Made by a program: the position numbers and the translations under genes. The notes below the pieces were generated by a model, which saw nothing but the letters and a program-made list of their open reading frames with translations, searched no databases and was not told the origin of the DNA. Below, piece after piece: positions 38,491-51,924 of a DNA stretch of 64,000 nucleotides; position 1 is the first letter of the stretch; each line of letters begins with the position of its first letter. Origin of the DNA: Macrostomum hystrix (lineage: Eukaryota; Animalia; Platyhelminthes); assembly GCA_950097015.1 (NCBI GenBank), contig CATNEN010000038.1, positions 18,848,001 through 18,912,000 of the forward strand. Direction: 5' to 3'.

Positions 38491-39069
38491 TGGGAGGTTG
38501 CTTAATAACTTGCAATCAACTAGTTCGTTACATTATAATTATCGCTCGCTTTATCGATCGAATCTTTCTCACAAACAGGCAAGCATAGAACGGTTCTCCA
38601 TGAACTGATAACAGGAGCCAAGAATTTTATGTGCAATTTGTGAATTGGTTTATCAATTATTTAATTGAGCCATGTATGATTCAGAGCAAAAAAACTGGAA
38701 GCAGAAGAAAAGCTACCATTCGTACGAGTTGCAATCGTCAGGTTTGTCGTGACTTCGTCTTAGAGGGGAAGTGGAGTGGGAGACAGTGAGGCAAAGATTT
38801 GAACGCTCAATTGAAGGAAGCGTATGTGAAGTTAATAAAGTAATAAAACAGCAAATAAATAAAAATATATCATAATTGTTAGCTTTTCTGAATGCAGCTT
38901 GTATCCATGCCATCATGCTGTTCGGGTTTATTTTAATTCGTTAAGGCGGAGTAGTTTAGAACTTTTTTAGATTCTGCTTATCGCGCCGATTTTTGTCTTT
39001 AATAGTCAAGTCGATTTCAAGTTATTTTCTGATGCATCGATCAGAAATATTTATTGATCTTTTGTTCGA

Positions 39070-42000
39070 CTAGTTTGATTGATCAGTTCTTTGGTGTGCG
39101 CTCCGCTTCCTTCGGCCGCTGAAAGGAGAAAATGCGTTTTCGGATATTCCTTTTTTGCTGTGGTAGAAGAAATAAAATATTAGAGGAAGGGGTAGAAGGA
39201 TTGAGGGTTGGAGAAAAGGGTCTAGAAAGTTGTAGAAGGCTTGAGGAAGGGGTAGACGAATGGGAAGAGTGGAAGGATGGGAGAATGGGTAGAAGGACGT
39301 ACGAGAGAATGGAGTAGAAAGATGGCAGAAAGCGGTCAAAGGATTTTAGAAGGGGTAGAAAGATGGTAGAAGGGGTAGAAAGATGGTAGAAGGGGTAGAA
39401 AGATGGTAGAAGGGGTAGAAAGATGGTAGAAGGGGTAGAAAGATGGTAGAAGGGGTAGAAATATGGTAGAAGGGGTAGAAAGATGGTAGGATGGTAGAAA
39501 GGGCAGAATTGGTAGAAGGGGTAGAAAGATAGTAGAAAGGGTAGAAAGATGGTAGAAGTATGATTTAGATTGATGGATGTTAGAAGAGGTAGAAGGGGTA
39601 GAAGGATGATAGAAAGCGGTAGAAGGATGGTAGAATCGGTAGAAGGATGGTAGAATCGGTAGAAGGATGGTAGGAAGGGTAGAAGGGGTAGAAAGATGGT
39701 AGAAGGATGGCAGAATCGGTAGAAGGATGGCAGAACCGGTAGAAGGATGGCAGAATCGGTAGAAGGATGGCAGAATCGGTAGAAGGATGGCAGAATCGGT
39801 AGAAGGATGGCAGAATCGGTAGAAGGATGGCAGAATCGGTAGAAGGATGGCAGAATCGGTAGAAGGATGGCAGAATCGGTAGAAGGATGGTAGAATCGGT
39901 AGAAGGATGGTAGGAAGGGTAGAAGGGGTAGAAAGATGGCAGAATCGGTAGAAGGATGGCAGAATCGGTAGAAGGATGGCAGAATCGGTAGAAGGATGGT
40001 AGAATCGGTAGAAGGATGGCAGAATCGGTAGAAGGATAGCAGAATCGGTAGAAGGATGGTAGAATCGGTAGAAGGATGGCAGAATCGGTAGAAGGATGGT
40101 AGAATCGGTAGAAGGATGGCAGAATCGGTAGAAGGATAGCAGAATCGGTAGAAGGATAGCAGAATCGGTAGAAGGATGGTAGAATCGGTAGAAAGGATGG
40201 TAGAATCGGTAAAAGGATGGCAGAATCGGTAAAAGGATGGTAGGAAGGGTAGAAGGGGTAGAAAGATGATACAAATAGTAGAAGGGGGTAGAAAGGTGGT
40301 AGAAGAGTTAGAGGCATGGTAGAAAGGATAGAAGGGCCAGTGAAGGATGAGGGAAGCGAAGGATAGGGGAAGGCAGGCTCAGTTGCGAATCCCTTTCGAG
40401 CTGAATGTTGGAGAAAAAGTATATTTTTCAACTAACTAATGAAGCGACCGGGCTGGGCGACGGGGTTACACACTCAAGTTGATCGCTAACAATTATTAAT
40501 TCATGAGCCTTGGCCCAGGGCTGTAGCTTATATCGCTGTGATATCGTACATCACAGAACCAGGCTCTGAACTATAACAACGACTCTAACCGCACGGGTTG
40601 TCTGCATAATTTTTATACCCTTACGGAAATAAGAAGCAAGAGAAAGGAAATAGGAAATCTTTCTGTATAAGATTCAGCGTGATTTAGCATCGAGTCGCGG
40701 CATTTTTGAATTACTTTGAACCTGAATGCAAATCTCTAAGAATATAAGAAACAGTTGTTAAGAGAAACCATTCTAGCTGTGGAAACTTTAGCAATAATCT
40801 AGAAAATCTTGCAATAAGTCTTCTAATTTTGAAAACTTTGATAATCCAGGAATCTTCAACGATAATACAGAAATCTTGGTTGATAATCCAGGAATCTAGG
40901 ACGATAATCAAGACTTTTAGGACGATTATTAAGACTTATAGGTTGGTAGTCTAGAAATCTTGGACGATAATCTAGATATCTACTCGTAGGTTTATAATTC
41001 AGAAATCTTAGACGGAAATCTAAACCAGAAATCTAAGAAGACAATCCAGAAATCTAGGAAGACAATAAAAAACAAATCTGAAACCCACCTAGCACTCAGG
41101 TCGATGCCGTATTGTCCAGATGAAGAAGGGCTCCCCATCTTGTTGATCGCCGACAGCAGATCCGCCAGGCGGAGATCCGAGCTGAGGCGCTTTTCGGCTG
41201 GCCTGAAATGAAACGGCCTTATTAGGTATTGATATACCCACCTGCCTAGCTCCATTTCAAGCTACCTTCCTAGCTACCTTTCTAACTAATTTTATTTCTA
41301 CCATCCAATCTGTATCTAACACCCTACCCACTCATTCTGTATCTAACACCCTCCCCATTCATTCTGTATCTAACACCCTCCCTATTCATTCTGTATCTAA
41401 CACCCTCCCCATTCATTCTGTATCTAACACCCTCCCCATTCATTCCATATCTAACACCCTCCCTATTCATTCTCTAACACCCTCCCTATTCATTCTGTAT
41501 CTAACACCCTCCCCATTCATTCTGTATCTAACACCCTCCCCATTCATTCTGTATCTAACACCCTCCCCAGTCATTCCATATCTAACACCCTCACTATTCA
41601 TTCTCTAACACCCTCCCTATTCATTCTGTATCTAACACCCTCCCCATTCATTCTGTATCTAACACCCTCCCTATTCATTCTGTATCTAACACCCTCCCTA
41701 TTCATTCAGTATCTAACACTCTCCCCATTCATTCAGTATCTAACACTCTCCCCATTCATTCAGTATCTAACACCCTCCCCATTCATTCTGTATCTAACAC
41801 TCTCCCCATTCATTCAGTATCTAACACCCTCCCCATTCATTCTGTATCTAACACCCTCCCCATTCATTCCATATCTAACACCCTCCCTATTCATTCTCTA
41901 ACACCCTCCCTATTCATTCTGTATCTAACACCCTCCCCATTCATTCTGTATCTAATACCCTCCCTATTCATTCTGTATCTAACACCCTCCCCATTCACTC

Positions 42001-45000
42001 TGTATCTAACACCCTCCCCATTCACTCTGTATCTAACACCCTACCCATTCATTCTGTATCTAACACCCTCCCCATTCATTCCGTATCTTACACCCTCCCC
42101 ATTCATTTCGTATCTTACACCCTCCCCATTCATTTCGTATCTTACACCCTCCCCATTCATTCCGCATCTAACACCCTCCCCATTCATTCCGCATCTAACA
42201 CCCTCCCCATTCATTTCGTATCTTACACCCTCCCCATTCATTTCGTATCTTACACCCTCCCCATTCATTTCGTATCTAACACTCTCCCCATTCATTTCGT
42301 ATCTTACACCCTCCCCATTCATTCTGTATCTAACACCCTCCCCATTCATTCTGTATCTAACACCCTCCCCATTCATTCTGTATCTAACACCCTCCCCATT
42401 CATTCTGTATCTAACACCCTCCCAATTCATTTCGTATCTTACACCCTCCCCATTCATTCTGTATCTAACACCCTCCCCATTCATTCTGTATCTAACACCC
42501 TCCCCATTCATTCTGTATCTAACACCCTCCCCATTCATTCTGTATCTAACACCCTCCCAATTCATTTCGTATCTTACACCCTCCCCATTCATTTCGTATC
42601 TTACACCCTCCCCATTCATTTCGTATCTTACACCCTCCCCATTCATTTCGTATCTTACACCCTCCCCATTCATTTCGTATCTAACACCCTCCCCATTCAT
42701 TCCGCATCTAACACCCTCCCCATTCATTTCGTATCTTACACCCTCCCCATTCATTTCGTATCTTACACCCTCCCCATTCATTTCGTATCTAACACTCTCC
42801 CCATTCATTTCGTATCTTACACCCTCCCCATTCATTCTGTATCTAACACCCTCCCCATTCATTCTGTATCTAACACCCTCCCCATTCATTCTGTATCTAA
42901 CACCCTCCCCATTCATTCTGTATCTAACACCCTCCCAATTCATTTCGTATCTTACACCCTCCCCATTCATTTCGTATCTTACACCCTCCCCATTCATTTC
43001 GTATCTTACACCCTCCCCATTCATTTCGTATGTAACACATTTTCCCTTTAAGTTTGTCTTTATATCAATCGGTTATCGATAAAAGTGCTTCACCCAGACA
43101 ATTCGTTTGGTTTCAGACACACTGGACAGGCATGATAATAATGATCGAGAACATTAATTCAGCTAGTCTGCATGTTAATGAAACGCCAAAGCTCTCTATG
43201 ACTGATCTCTATTTCCAATTAGCTACCTTCGCTATATTCGACTAATTAAATAGTCTATAAATAATTCACACCCATTTGACGTGTCACAAAATGTCTGCAG
43301 TTGACAGTCAGCAGCATACACTGGCGCAGAAATTATTGGAGAAAAAACATAATTTTTTTCTGGAATCTTCTGTTTCTCCCAGTCCACACTTCTTGAAAGC
43401 GAGTTTGCAGAAGCAATAGTTTTAACCGCAGCCACTGCCAGCGAATAACAAGTGGCCCCAATTCAACAGTCAAGATGTGCCCTGTTACAGGTGAATGAGG
43501 TTAGTATTTTTCAGCTAGCAAACAAGCACCCTGCCAGATCCACAACTGGGATGCTTCCTCGTGTTTGACCAAAAAATTGGCGAACTGATAAGCAGGAGCT
43601 GATGGTAAAATCTTTGAGATCAATAACACAATGCCTTGTCGCTGTTTAATTAGTAAGGCCAAAAAATTGTCTGTTTCAATTCGAAGAAATAGCTGACTAC
43701 TTGTTCTTGATCAACACAACTTGTGATTCCCCTTGTCTTCCCGTTTTGTACATGTCTACTCTGCCTCATTGTATAATCTGCCTCCCTTGTCTACTCTGCC
43801 TCCCTTGTCTACTCTGCCTCCCTTGTCTACTCTGCCTCCCTTGTCTACTCTGCCTCCCTTGTCTACTCTGCCTCCCTTGTCTACTCTGCCTCCCTTGTCT
43901 ACTCTGCCTCCCTTGTCTACTCTGCCTCCCTTGTCTACTCTGCCTCCCTTGTCTACTCTGCCTCCCTTGTCTACTCTGCCTCCCTTGTCTACTCTGCCTC
44001 CCTTGTCTACACTGCCTCCCTTGTCTACTCTGCCTCCCTTGTCTACTCTGCTTCCCTTGTCTACTCTGCTTCCCTTGTCTACTCTGCCTCCCTTGTCTAC
44101 TCTGCCTCCCTTGTCTACTCTGCCTCCCTTGTCTACTCTGCCTCCCTTGTATACTCTGCCTCCCTTTTCTACTCTGCCTCCCTTGTCTACTCTGCTTCCC
44201 TTGTCTACTCTGCCTCCCTTGTCTACTCTGCCTCCCTTGTCTACTCTGCCTCCCTTGTCTACTCTGCCTCCCTTGTATACTCTGCCTCCCTTTTCTACTC
44301 TGCCTCCCTTGTCTACTCTGCCTTCCTTGTCTACTCTGCCTTCCTTGTCTACTCTGCTTCCCTTGTCTACTCTGCTTCCCTTGTCTACTCTGCCTCCCTT
44401 GTCTACTCTGCCTCCCTTGTCTACTCTGCCTCCCTTGTCTACTCTGCCTCATTGTATAATCTGCCTGCCTTGTCTACTCTGCCTCCCTTGTCTACTCTGC
44501 CTCCCTTGTCTACTCTGCTTCCCTTGTCTACTCTGCCTCCCTTGTCTACTCTGCCTCCCTTGTCTACTCTGCCTCCCTTGTCTACTCTGCCTCCCTTGTC
44601 TACTCTGCTTCCCTTGTCTACTCTGCCTCCCTTGTCTACTCTGCCTCCCTTGTCTACTCTGCCTCCCTTGTCTACTCTGCCTCCCTTGTCTACTCTGCTT
44701 CCCTTGTCTACTCTGCTTCCCTTGTCTACTCTGCCTCCCTTGTCTACTCTGCCTCCCTTGTCTACTCTGCTTCCCTTGTCTACTCTGCTTCCCTTGTCTA
44801 CTCTGCTTCCCTTGTCTACTCTGCCTCCCTTGTCTACTCTGCCTCCCTTGTCTACTCTGCTTCCCTTGTCTACTCTGCTTCCCTTGTCTACTCTGCCTCC
44901 CTTGTCTACTCTGCCTCCCTTGTCTACTCTGCTTCCCTTGTCTACTCTGCCTCCCTTGTCTACTCTGCCTCCCTTGTCTACTCTGCCTCCCTTGTCTACT

Positions 45001-45868
45001 CTGCCTCCCTTGTCTACTCTGCCTCCCTTGTCTACTCTGCCTCCCTTGTCTACTCTGCCTCATTGTATAATCTGCCTGCCTTGTCTACTCTGCCTCCCTT
45101 GTCTACTCTGCCTCCCTTGTCTACTCTGCCTCCCTTGTCTACTCTGCCTCCCTTGTCTACTCTGCCTCCCTTGTCTACTCTGCCTCCCTTGTCTACTCTG
45201 CCTCATTGTATAATCTGCCTGCCTTGTCTACTCTGCCTCCCTTGTCTACTCTGCCTCCCTTGTCTACTCTGCCTCCCTTGTCTACTCTGCCTCCCTTGTC
45301 TACTCTGCCTCCCTTGTCTACTCTGCCTCCCTTGTCTACTCTGCCTCCCTTGTCTACTCTGCCTCCCTTGTCTACTCTGCCTCCCTTGTCTACACTGCCT
45401 CCCTTGTCTACTCTGCCTCCCTTGTCTACTCTGCTTCCCTTGTCTACTCTGCTTCCCTTGTCTACTCTGCCTCCCTTGTCTACTCTGCCTCCCTTGTCTA
45501 CTCTGCCTCCCTTGTCTACTCTGCCTCCCTTGTCTACTCTGCCTCCCTTGTATACTCTGCCTCCCTTTTCTACTCTGCCTCCCTTGTCTACTCTGCTTCC
45601 CTTGTCTACTCTGCCTCCCTTGTCTACTCTGCCTCCCTTGTCTACTCTGCCTCCCTTGTCTTCTCTGCCTCCCTTGTATACTCTGCCTCCCTTGTCTACT
45701 CTGCCTCCCTTGTCCACCAAATTAAGACACTCGTTCAAAAGTTACTTACCGAATTCGCTCCGCCGATTCCGTGTCTTCCATCGGTTCATTGCGCGAGTTG
45801 CTTGGCAAGCAGCAGACCAGATTGACCAGAATCAAGGCAACGGCCACAATTGTTACGAAGAGCTTCAT
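39070..45868 (-). CDS. Neuropeptide precursor A (PTH-like/PXXXamide-like). Exons 45750-45868, 41089-41202, 39070-39118
   Basis: Spliced product MKLFVTIVAVALILVNLVCCLPSNSRNEPMEDTESAERIRPAEKR-LSSDLRLADLLSAINKMGSPSSSGQYGIDLSAS-GRRKRSAHQRTDQSN*: signal peptide, dibasic site, Gly amidation donor plus polybasic site; two phase-2 GT-AG introns. Confidence 0.8.
39345..40275. repeat. 20-bp purine-rich minisatellite (agaaggatggcagaatcggt and variants) in precursor A intron 2
   Basis: Tandem copies visible directly. Confidence 0.95.
41310..43035. repeat. 27-bp minisatellite (taacaccctccccattcattctgtatc)
   Basis: Tandem copies; the reverse-complement array lies at 46000-46525. Confidence 0.97.
43753..45718. 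repeat. 18-bp minisatellite (ctctgcctcccttgtcta) with higher-order blocks separated by cattgtataat
   Basis: Tandem copies; separators near 43767, 44450, 45061, 45204. Confidence 0.97.
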
Positions 45869-45999
45869 TAAAGCGATGTACTTGACGATGACTAAGCGAA
45901 ATTTCAGGAGATATAAATTTTGACTCCGAGATTTTGTTATCATAACATTTTTTAAATTCATAATTAAGTTTTTGAAGCAGTGGGGCAATGAAGATATGT

Positions 46000-46525
46000 T
46001 AGGTACAGAATGAATGGCGAAGGTGTTAGATACAGAATGAATGGGGAGGGTGTTAGATACAGAATGAATGGGGAGGGTGTTAGATACAGAATGAATGGGG
46101 AGGGTGTTAGATACAGAATGAATGGGGAGGGTGTTAGATACAGAATGAATGGGGAGGGTGTTAGATACAGAATGAATAGGGAGGGTGTTAGATACAGAAT
46201 GAATAGGGAGGGTGTTAGATACAGAATGAATGGGGAGGGTGTTAGATACAGAATGAATGGGGAGGGTGTTAGATACAGAATGAATGGGGAGGGTGTTAGA
46301 TAGAGAATGAATGGGGAGGGTGTTAGATACAGAATGAATGGGGAGGGTGTTAGATACAGAATGAATGGGGAGGGTGTTAGATAGAGAATGAATAGGGAGT
46401 GTGTTAGATACAGAATGAATGGGGAGGGTGTTAGATAGAGAATGAATGGGGAGGGTGTTAGATACAGAATGAATGGGGAGGGTGTTAGATACGGAATGAA
46501 TAGGGAGGGTGTTAGATATGAAATC
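46000..46525. repeat. 27-bp minisatellite, inverted relative to 41310-43035
   Basis: gatacagaatgaatggggagggtgtta tandem copies. Confidence 0.96.
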
Positions 46526-47829
46526 AATATGGAGGGTGTTTGATAAGGAATAAATATGGAGGATGTTAGGTAATCTGAGAAAATCTAAAAGGTAATTTTG
46601 TGAGACAGAAAGAATAGGAAGGGATTTTTGTGCTTATGAGGCTTAAGCCGTTGTTTTTTGGTGAATTGTTGATAGCGAGGGTGTCATATTGAACAAAGTC
46701 TGGTCCCTCCTTTATATGGTTTTTTAATGACGTTCAATCGTTTGATTTGTCATTTATTGAGATTTCCAGTCATTTGGCAAGGATAGACAAAATGCAATTA
46801 CAGGTGAGTAATTATTTTGATGCAACTCCGTATGACGTCATTTCTATTGAAGAGAAATTTAATTACTGTTTTTCCGCTTCCGGAAGAGGGAGACTTTATT
46901 CGGATTTAGCAAAAATCACCATTATCTATTGAGTCTTCAATTATAAGAGAAGTTTGAGAAGTACACTTTCGGATTTGAATGACGGTTTGCTAAGAATCGA
47001 ATTTATTAAGGACATAATTTGAATTTCGTAAAGTGGTCAGGCTACTAGACATAAATATATGCAATCAATCTAGAATCTTTAGACTTTTTTTCAGGCAACT
47101 GTCAGAATTTTTTAACAGCGGGACACTTGGTGTCTTGGAAAATTTATCAAAGGCAGATTTTCACGGAAAATGCACTAGCGAGATAGGAAGTTTTCACGTT
47201 TTTTAAGGAAGTCGCATTTGTAAGTCCGAACTTGAAAAGGAATGCAATAGAAAAAATTAATATCTGATAAAAATGTGAAAAATGTAAGTTCAGGTGTAAA
47301 TTTATAACACTAGGTCAGGATATTCTTGAGTAGCAGTCAGCGAGTCAATTAAATTATTAAAAAATGATTGTGACAAGTGCGAAAATTAGTTTTATAAAAT
47401 TATCCCACACCGGTTGGTTAATAAATGATTCAAATTGGGCTAATAGCGTAGCGAAACTCACCTCGAAATGCTCAAAAGATGCTCAAAGGTCCGAGCCTAA
47501 AATGAAACAATTTGTTGGATTTTTTGCTTCAAATCGAATTCGACTCGAGTGACTTCTTGGCTGCTCTTCGAACCAAATTTATAGGCCCTGTTGGCCGTGT
47601 CACTGTTGTCGGCTGGGGCAGCCTACTAGCCAATCGGAATTAAGGAGGCCTATTGGTTGAATTGTTCAATTAGCTATTCCGAAACCTTACATTGACATTC
47701 TATCTAACCCTTAAAATGCCCTCTTTCTAACCCCTTCTACCATTCCATCTAGCCCTCAAAATTTCATCTATCTGCTACTCCGAGTGTCATCTTTCGAGCC
47801 CTCTTAATACCTTCTTAATAGCCTCTAAT

Positions 47830-48420
47830 TACCCCTCTAACTGGCCTCCTTCTGCCCCTCTAACTGGCCTCCTTCTACCCCTCTAACTGGCCTCCTTCTA
47901 CCCCTCTAACTGGCCTCCTTCTACCCCTCTAACTGGCCTCCTTCTACCCCTCTAACTGGCCTCCTTCTACCCCTCTAACTGGCCTCCTTCTACCCCTCTA
48001 ACTGGCCTCCTTCTACCCCTCTAACTGGCCTCCTTCTACCCCTCTAACTGGCCTCCTTCTGCCCCTCTAACTGGCCTCCTTCTGCCCCTCTAACTGGCTT
48101 CCTTCTACCCCTCTAACTGGCCTCCTTCTGCCCCTCTAACTGGCCTCCTTCTGCCCCTCTAACTGGCTTCCTTCTACCCCTCTAACTGGCCTCCTTCTAC
48201 CCCTCTAACTGGCCTCCTTCTACCCCTCTAACTGGCCTCCTTCTACCCCTCTAACTGGCTTCCTTCTACCCCTCTAACTGGCTTCCTTCTACCCCTCTAA
48301 CTGGCTTCCTTCTACCCCTCTAACTGGCTTCCTTCTACCCCTCTAACAGGCCTCCTTCTACCCCTCTAACTGGCTTCCTTCTACCCCTCTAACTGGCTTC
48401 CTTCTACCCCTCTAACAGGC
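47830..48420. repeat. 23-bp minisatellite (cccctctaactggcctccttcta)
   Basis: Tandem copies visible directly. Confidence 0.96.
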
Positions 48421-48671
48421 ATTCTAATCTTTCACACCCTTCTGCTCTCATTTCTCTGAATCGCATTGGTTCTCTTTGTTGGGTCTCACTGATTGGGCGT
48501 TCTTCTCAAAGTTCTAGGTCTTTTGTCTGCCAGTTAATCTGTCCAGTACTTTTTCTCTCAATCAGAACTTTTCATTTTCTTTAGGCCTCATTTTCCACTT
48601 GCCCGGTTAAATTCTGCGGTGAAACATCCAAAGAATTCTCTCTAAGGTCGATTCCCTGGAGTCCTGCTGAG

Positions 48672-50805
48672 ACGAAATTATCTTCATTATCCACATTATC
48701 TACGATCGTATAGTATCTTTTATTATCGCATTATTGGCCGTGCCAATATAGTGACTGCGACTATACATTATTTTGTAGTCCAACCATGCTACTCTCATTC
48801 GTCGTAGTACAAGTAGTATGTTAATCAATTTTTGGTATGCGTACTCAAAACAGGTGATGATTTTTCTAGGAAAACAATTTCGAGAAAAAAATATCGTCGG
48901 TAATGACGCAGCTTTTTTCCATATTGACTTTTTATTGCTTTATTGCTTTGGTGCAATTTTATTTGACCAGATTATATTTTTATTGCTTTATGCTGAAATC
49001 GAAATTGTGCGCAAATTTTTAAGCTTTTACGTTTGCCAGGCAAACGTAATTTGCCAGTGACAAAGTACAATTTAGCGCTCATTCCAATAAAATTCTGGAT
49101 ATGAATGAAAAGAGATTGCCAGCACAAATTTTTATGTAGATTGGCTGCTATACTCAAAGAAACAATTAATCGACACTTCGGAGATTATCTACCTAACTCC
49201 GCCCACCACCACAATCCGCCAAAAACCACACTCGACCAACAACCTCACTCCGCTATACACCTCACTCTGCCAACCATCGCACTCCACTCTGGGTGCACAC
49301 CAACCCACTCCGCAAACAAACCCACTCCGCCCGCGACACCACTTCGCCAACCACCCCACTCCGCTAACCACCCTCCCCAACCACCTCGCTCCACCAATCA
49401 CTAGGCTTGCAGCCAATATTAGAGATTAATATACACCCTTTCAAAGTTTAGAGTTCAGTTCATTCGAAGGGTTCGAATAGGGTGTACAGGCGCGTTGTAG
49501 GTCCGTTTTTAAAGCTCACAGAACTTTTTAGTCAACGTCCAAGCAATTCAATCGATTTAAGATCAATTGATTTCCAATCCGTCAGTCACAGCCGGCTATA
49601 AAGTCCACCACACTGCAGCTCTCAAGCTCGACTGCCGCTGCTGCGACGTCGACGACGACCTCTGAAAATTAAAAAAGGATTCCAGTCGGTTTCTGACATA
49701 AGACAGCGGTCCTATAATGATCGATGTTTGACAAACATGGCTTCGAGATCCAGGCCGTACTGCCCGTTGCTGTCTAGGCGTGGAGCACCGACGCCGCTGA
49801 TCTGGGCGGACTGAGCTTCGCGAAAGTCCTCGAGTAGGTCGGCTATGCGATGATCCGAGCTGAGTCGCTTATGGCGGGCCAGTGGGCTGAAATGTGAGAC
49901 GGGACTGAATACCCAATGAGCAGAAATTTCTGTGGACTGGTGAGGCCGCGAAAACAATAAGTTATATGCTGTTTTGATTCCGACTAAGAATTGCTCTAAC
50001 ATAGGGCTATACATTAATGAGTTGCGGGAGGGGGCTGCAGGAGGGGGTGAGTGGCAGAGCGGTTAACGCGTCTGCCTCTCGCACTAATGTCCCTGAGCTC
50101 GATTACGCGGTGAGGCCACATTTATTTGGCGGGCTTATCGTGCAAAATCACGCCCTTAAGCGCCAACCTAAAAGGCACAGTGAGAGTGTACACTGCCTGA
50201 CGATGAGAAAGTCAGGGCAGATGTACAAACCTGTGAGAGCGTATGCCTGAGTACAGTATCTGTGTGCGTGTGTGCTCAGGAGTCAGCGAATAGGAAGAAT
50301 TGCCATCCTCGCCGGTTGCAGGTCTAGTGTCACCAAATGATGTGCCATTGCCGACAGCCCTCCTGCTTATTAAGTGGCTTTGGGCACTGGAACATCATTT
50401 GGTTACACTGGACCCTCAGCCGACGAGGAGACAATTTCGCTGACTCCTGAGCACACACTCGCAGGTGTGTACATCTGCCCTGTGAGTTTCTCATCGTCAG
50501 GTCGGTCCATGAGGGTGTAAATTGAACAAGACCCCAAAGCATTCTCCCCACGGCTGCGCCCCGAATAAATGTGTTGCCTCGCCGCGGCTAGACTTATTCA
50601 AAGCCTTCAATTAACATACCCATCGTGAGCCGAGCTTTTGGCCTGCTCTCCGGCGTCGTCGTACGGATCGCCGCATCTGGCACCGGCAGCCAGGAGAAGC
50701 AACAGACAGATCGCTACAGTCGGTTTCATAGATAACGCAGGAATGCTGACAACTGTTTTTGCACGCTTCAAAATTCAGGCTCTAGGTAAAGTCTGAAACA
50801 ATTTT
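48672..50805. repeat. Segmental duplication unit carrying precursor B; paralogous to 55963-57564 and partly to 50979-52869
   Basis: cgaaattatcttcattatccac... onward is near-identical at about 48673 and 55963. Confidence 0.92.
49622..50729 (-). CDS. Neuropeptide precursor B. Exons 50620-50729, 49737-49886, 49622-49661
   Basis: [99 protein letters not shown]; same intron phases as A. Confidence 0.82.
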
Positions 50806-51048
50806 GTCTCGCTCGCAATCACTCTCTTCATTGAAATTGCAATAGGACAAATCCGTCCGCCCCTCGGTATTCTATGGTAAAAAACCGTCTATTTATATGC
50901 ATTCAAATGGGACTTTCTTATTGAAGCCGTTCTTTCATGCTTTTCAATGGGACAAAGCCGTTCTTTAATGTAAGGATCATACAACCTTCTAAAGTTTAGA
51001 GTTCAGTTCATTCGAAGGGTTCGAATAGGGTATTCAGGTGCGTTGTAA

Positions 51049-51799
51049 TGTAGCAGACCTCTCAGCTCTCTCTCTATTTGTTTGATTTAGGATTGGTGAG
51101 CTGAGTATTAGGGGGGATGGTAGCGTAAGTTATGAGGGTGAGAATAGGTATTTTCCACGCTGTTCGGGTTATACCTAAGGTAGGTCCGTGGGGCGTATCA
51201 GGATGGATCAAAGTTGGCTGGTGAGTCCTTCGCACTGTCACTTACTTTCCTCTATGGGGTCCAGAATTAGTACAGTTTCATTAGGGGGATAAAGGCGGAG
51301 TTTTGGGACTTCAGGGGGGTATAGTATTTAAGGAGCCTTAGGTGGACTTCGGGTAGACTTTAGGTGGACTTTTAGGTGGGATTCAGGGCGGTATATTGGG
51401 ATTTCAAGGGGTCATATAATTGGGTGGTTTTGAGTGACGAAGGACGATGAAAGATCTTTTTAGGAGAGGATTGGGAAGGTATAGGGGTCCAACTGTTTAC
51501 TGCTATTAGGAAAATAAATAAGGAAGTCCGTTTATTTAATTGCGAAACAGGGAAAGAGGTAGGAGGTGGAATTGCTTACATTTCGTACAGGTTGCATCGA
51601 ATGTAGAGCAAAACGTTGAGAACGTATAAAACGTAAAGAACACATAATATTCTTCTCTGTATATATACACCAAAATTGGGTGCTTGTCATGCTTAAGTGC
51701 GCATACAACAAACAACGTGTGGTTACGACAAATAGTTAGCGCGTTAGAAAAGTGGCGGGAATTCAAAATGAGAAAACGTCACAATTTTTCACTGCCTCA
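51049..51799. mobile_element. Solo LTR (751 bp)
   Basis: TGTAGCAG...CTGCCTCA termini; 4-bp TSD gtaa (51045-48, 51800-03); empty site gcgttgtaagtccg in the paralog at about 56755. Confidence 0.85.
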
Positions 51800-51924
51800 G
51801 TAAGTCCGTTTTTAAAGCTCATAGAACTTTTTAGTCAACTTCCAAGCAATTCAATCGATTTAAGATCAATTGATTTCCAATCCGTCAGTCACAGTCGGCT
51901 ATAAAGTCCACCACGCAGCAGCTC

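Noticed and set aside
37634-46527. Long repetitive ORFs (SPQPLL, LPCLLC, STLPPL, MNGEGVRY, QSRQGR, PSTDSAILL)
   Set aside because: They are translations of stop-free minisatellites, open in several frames and on both strands, and most lie inside introns of precursor A.
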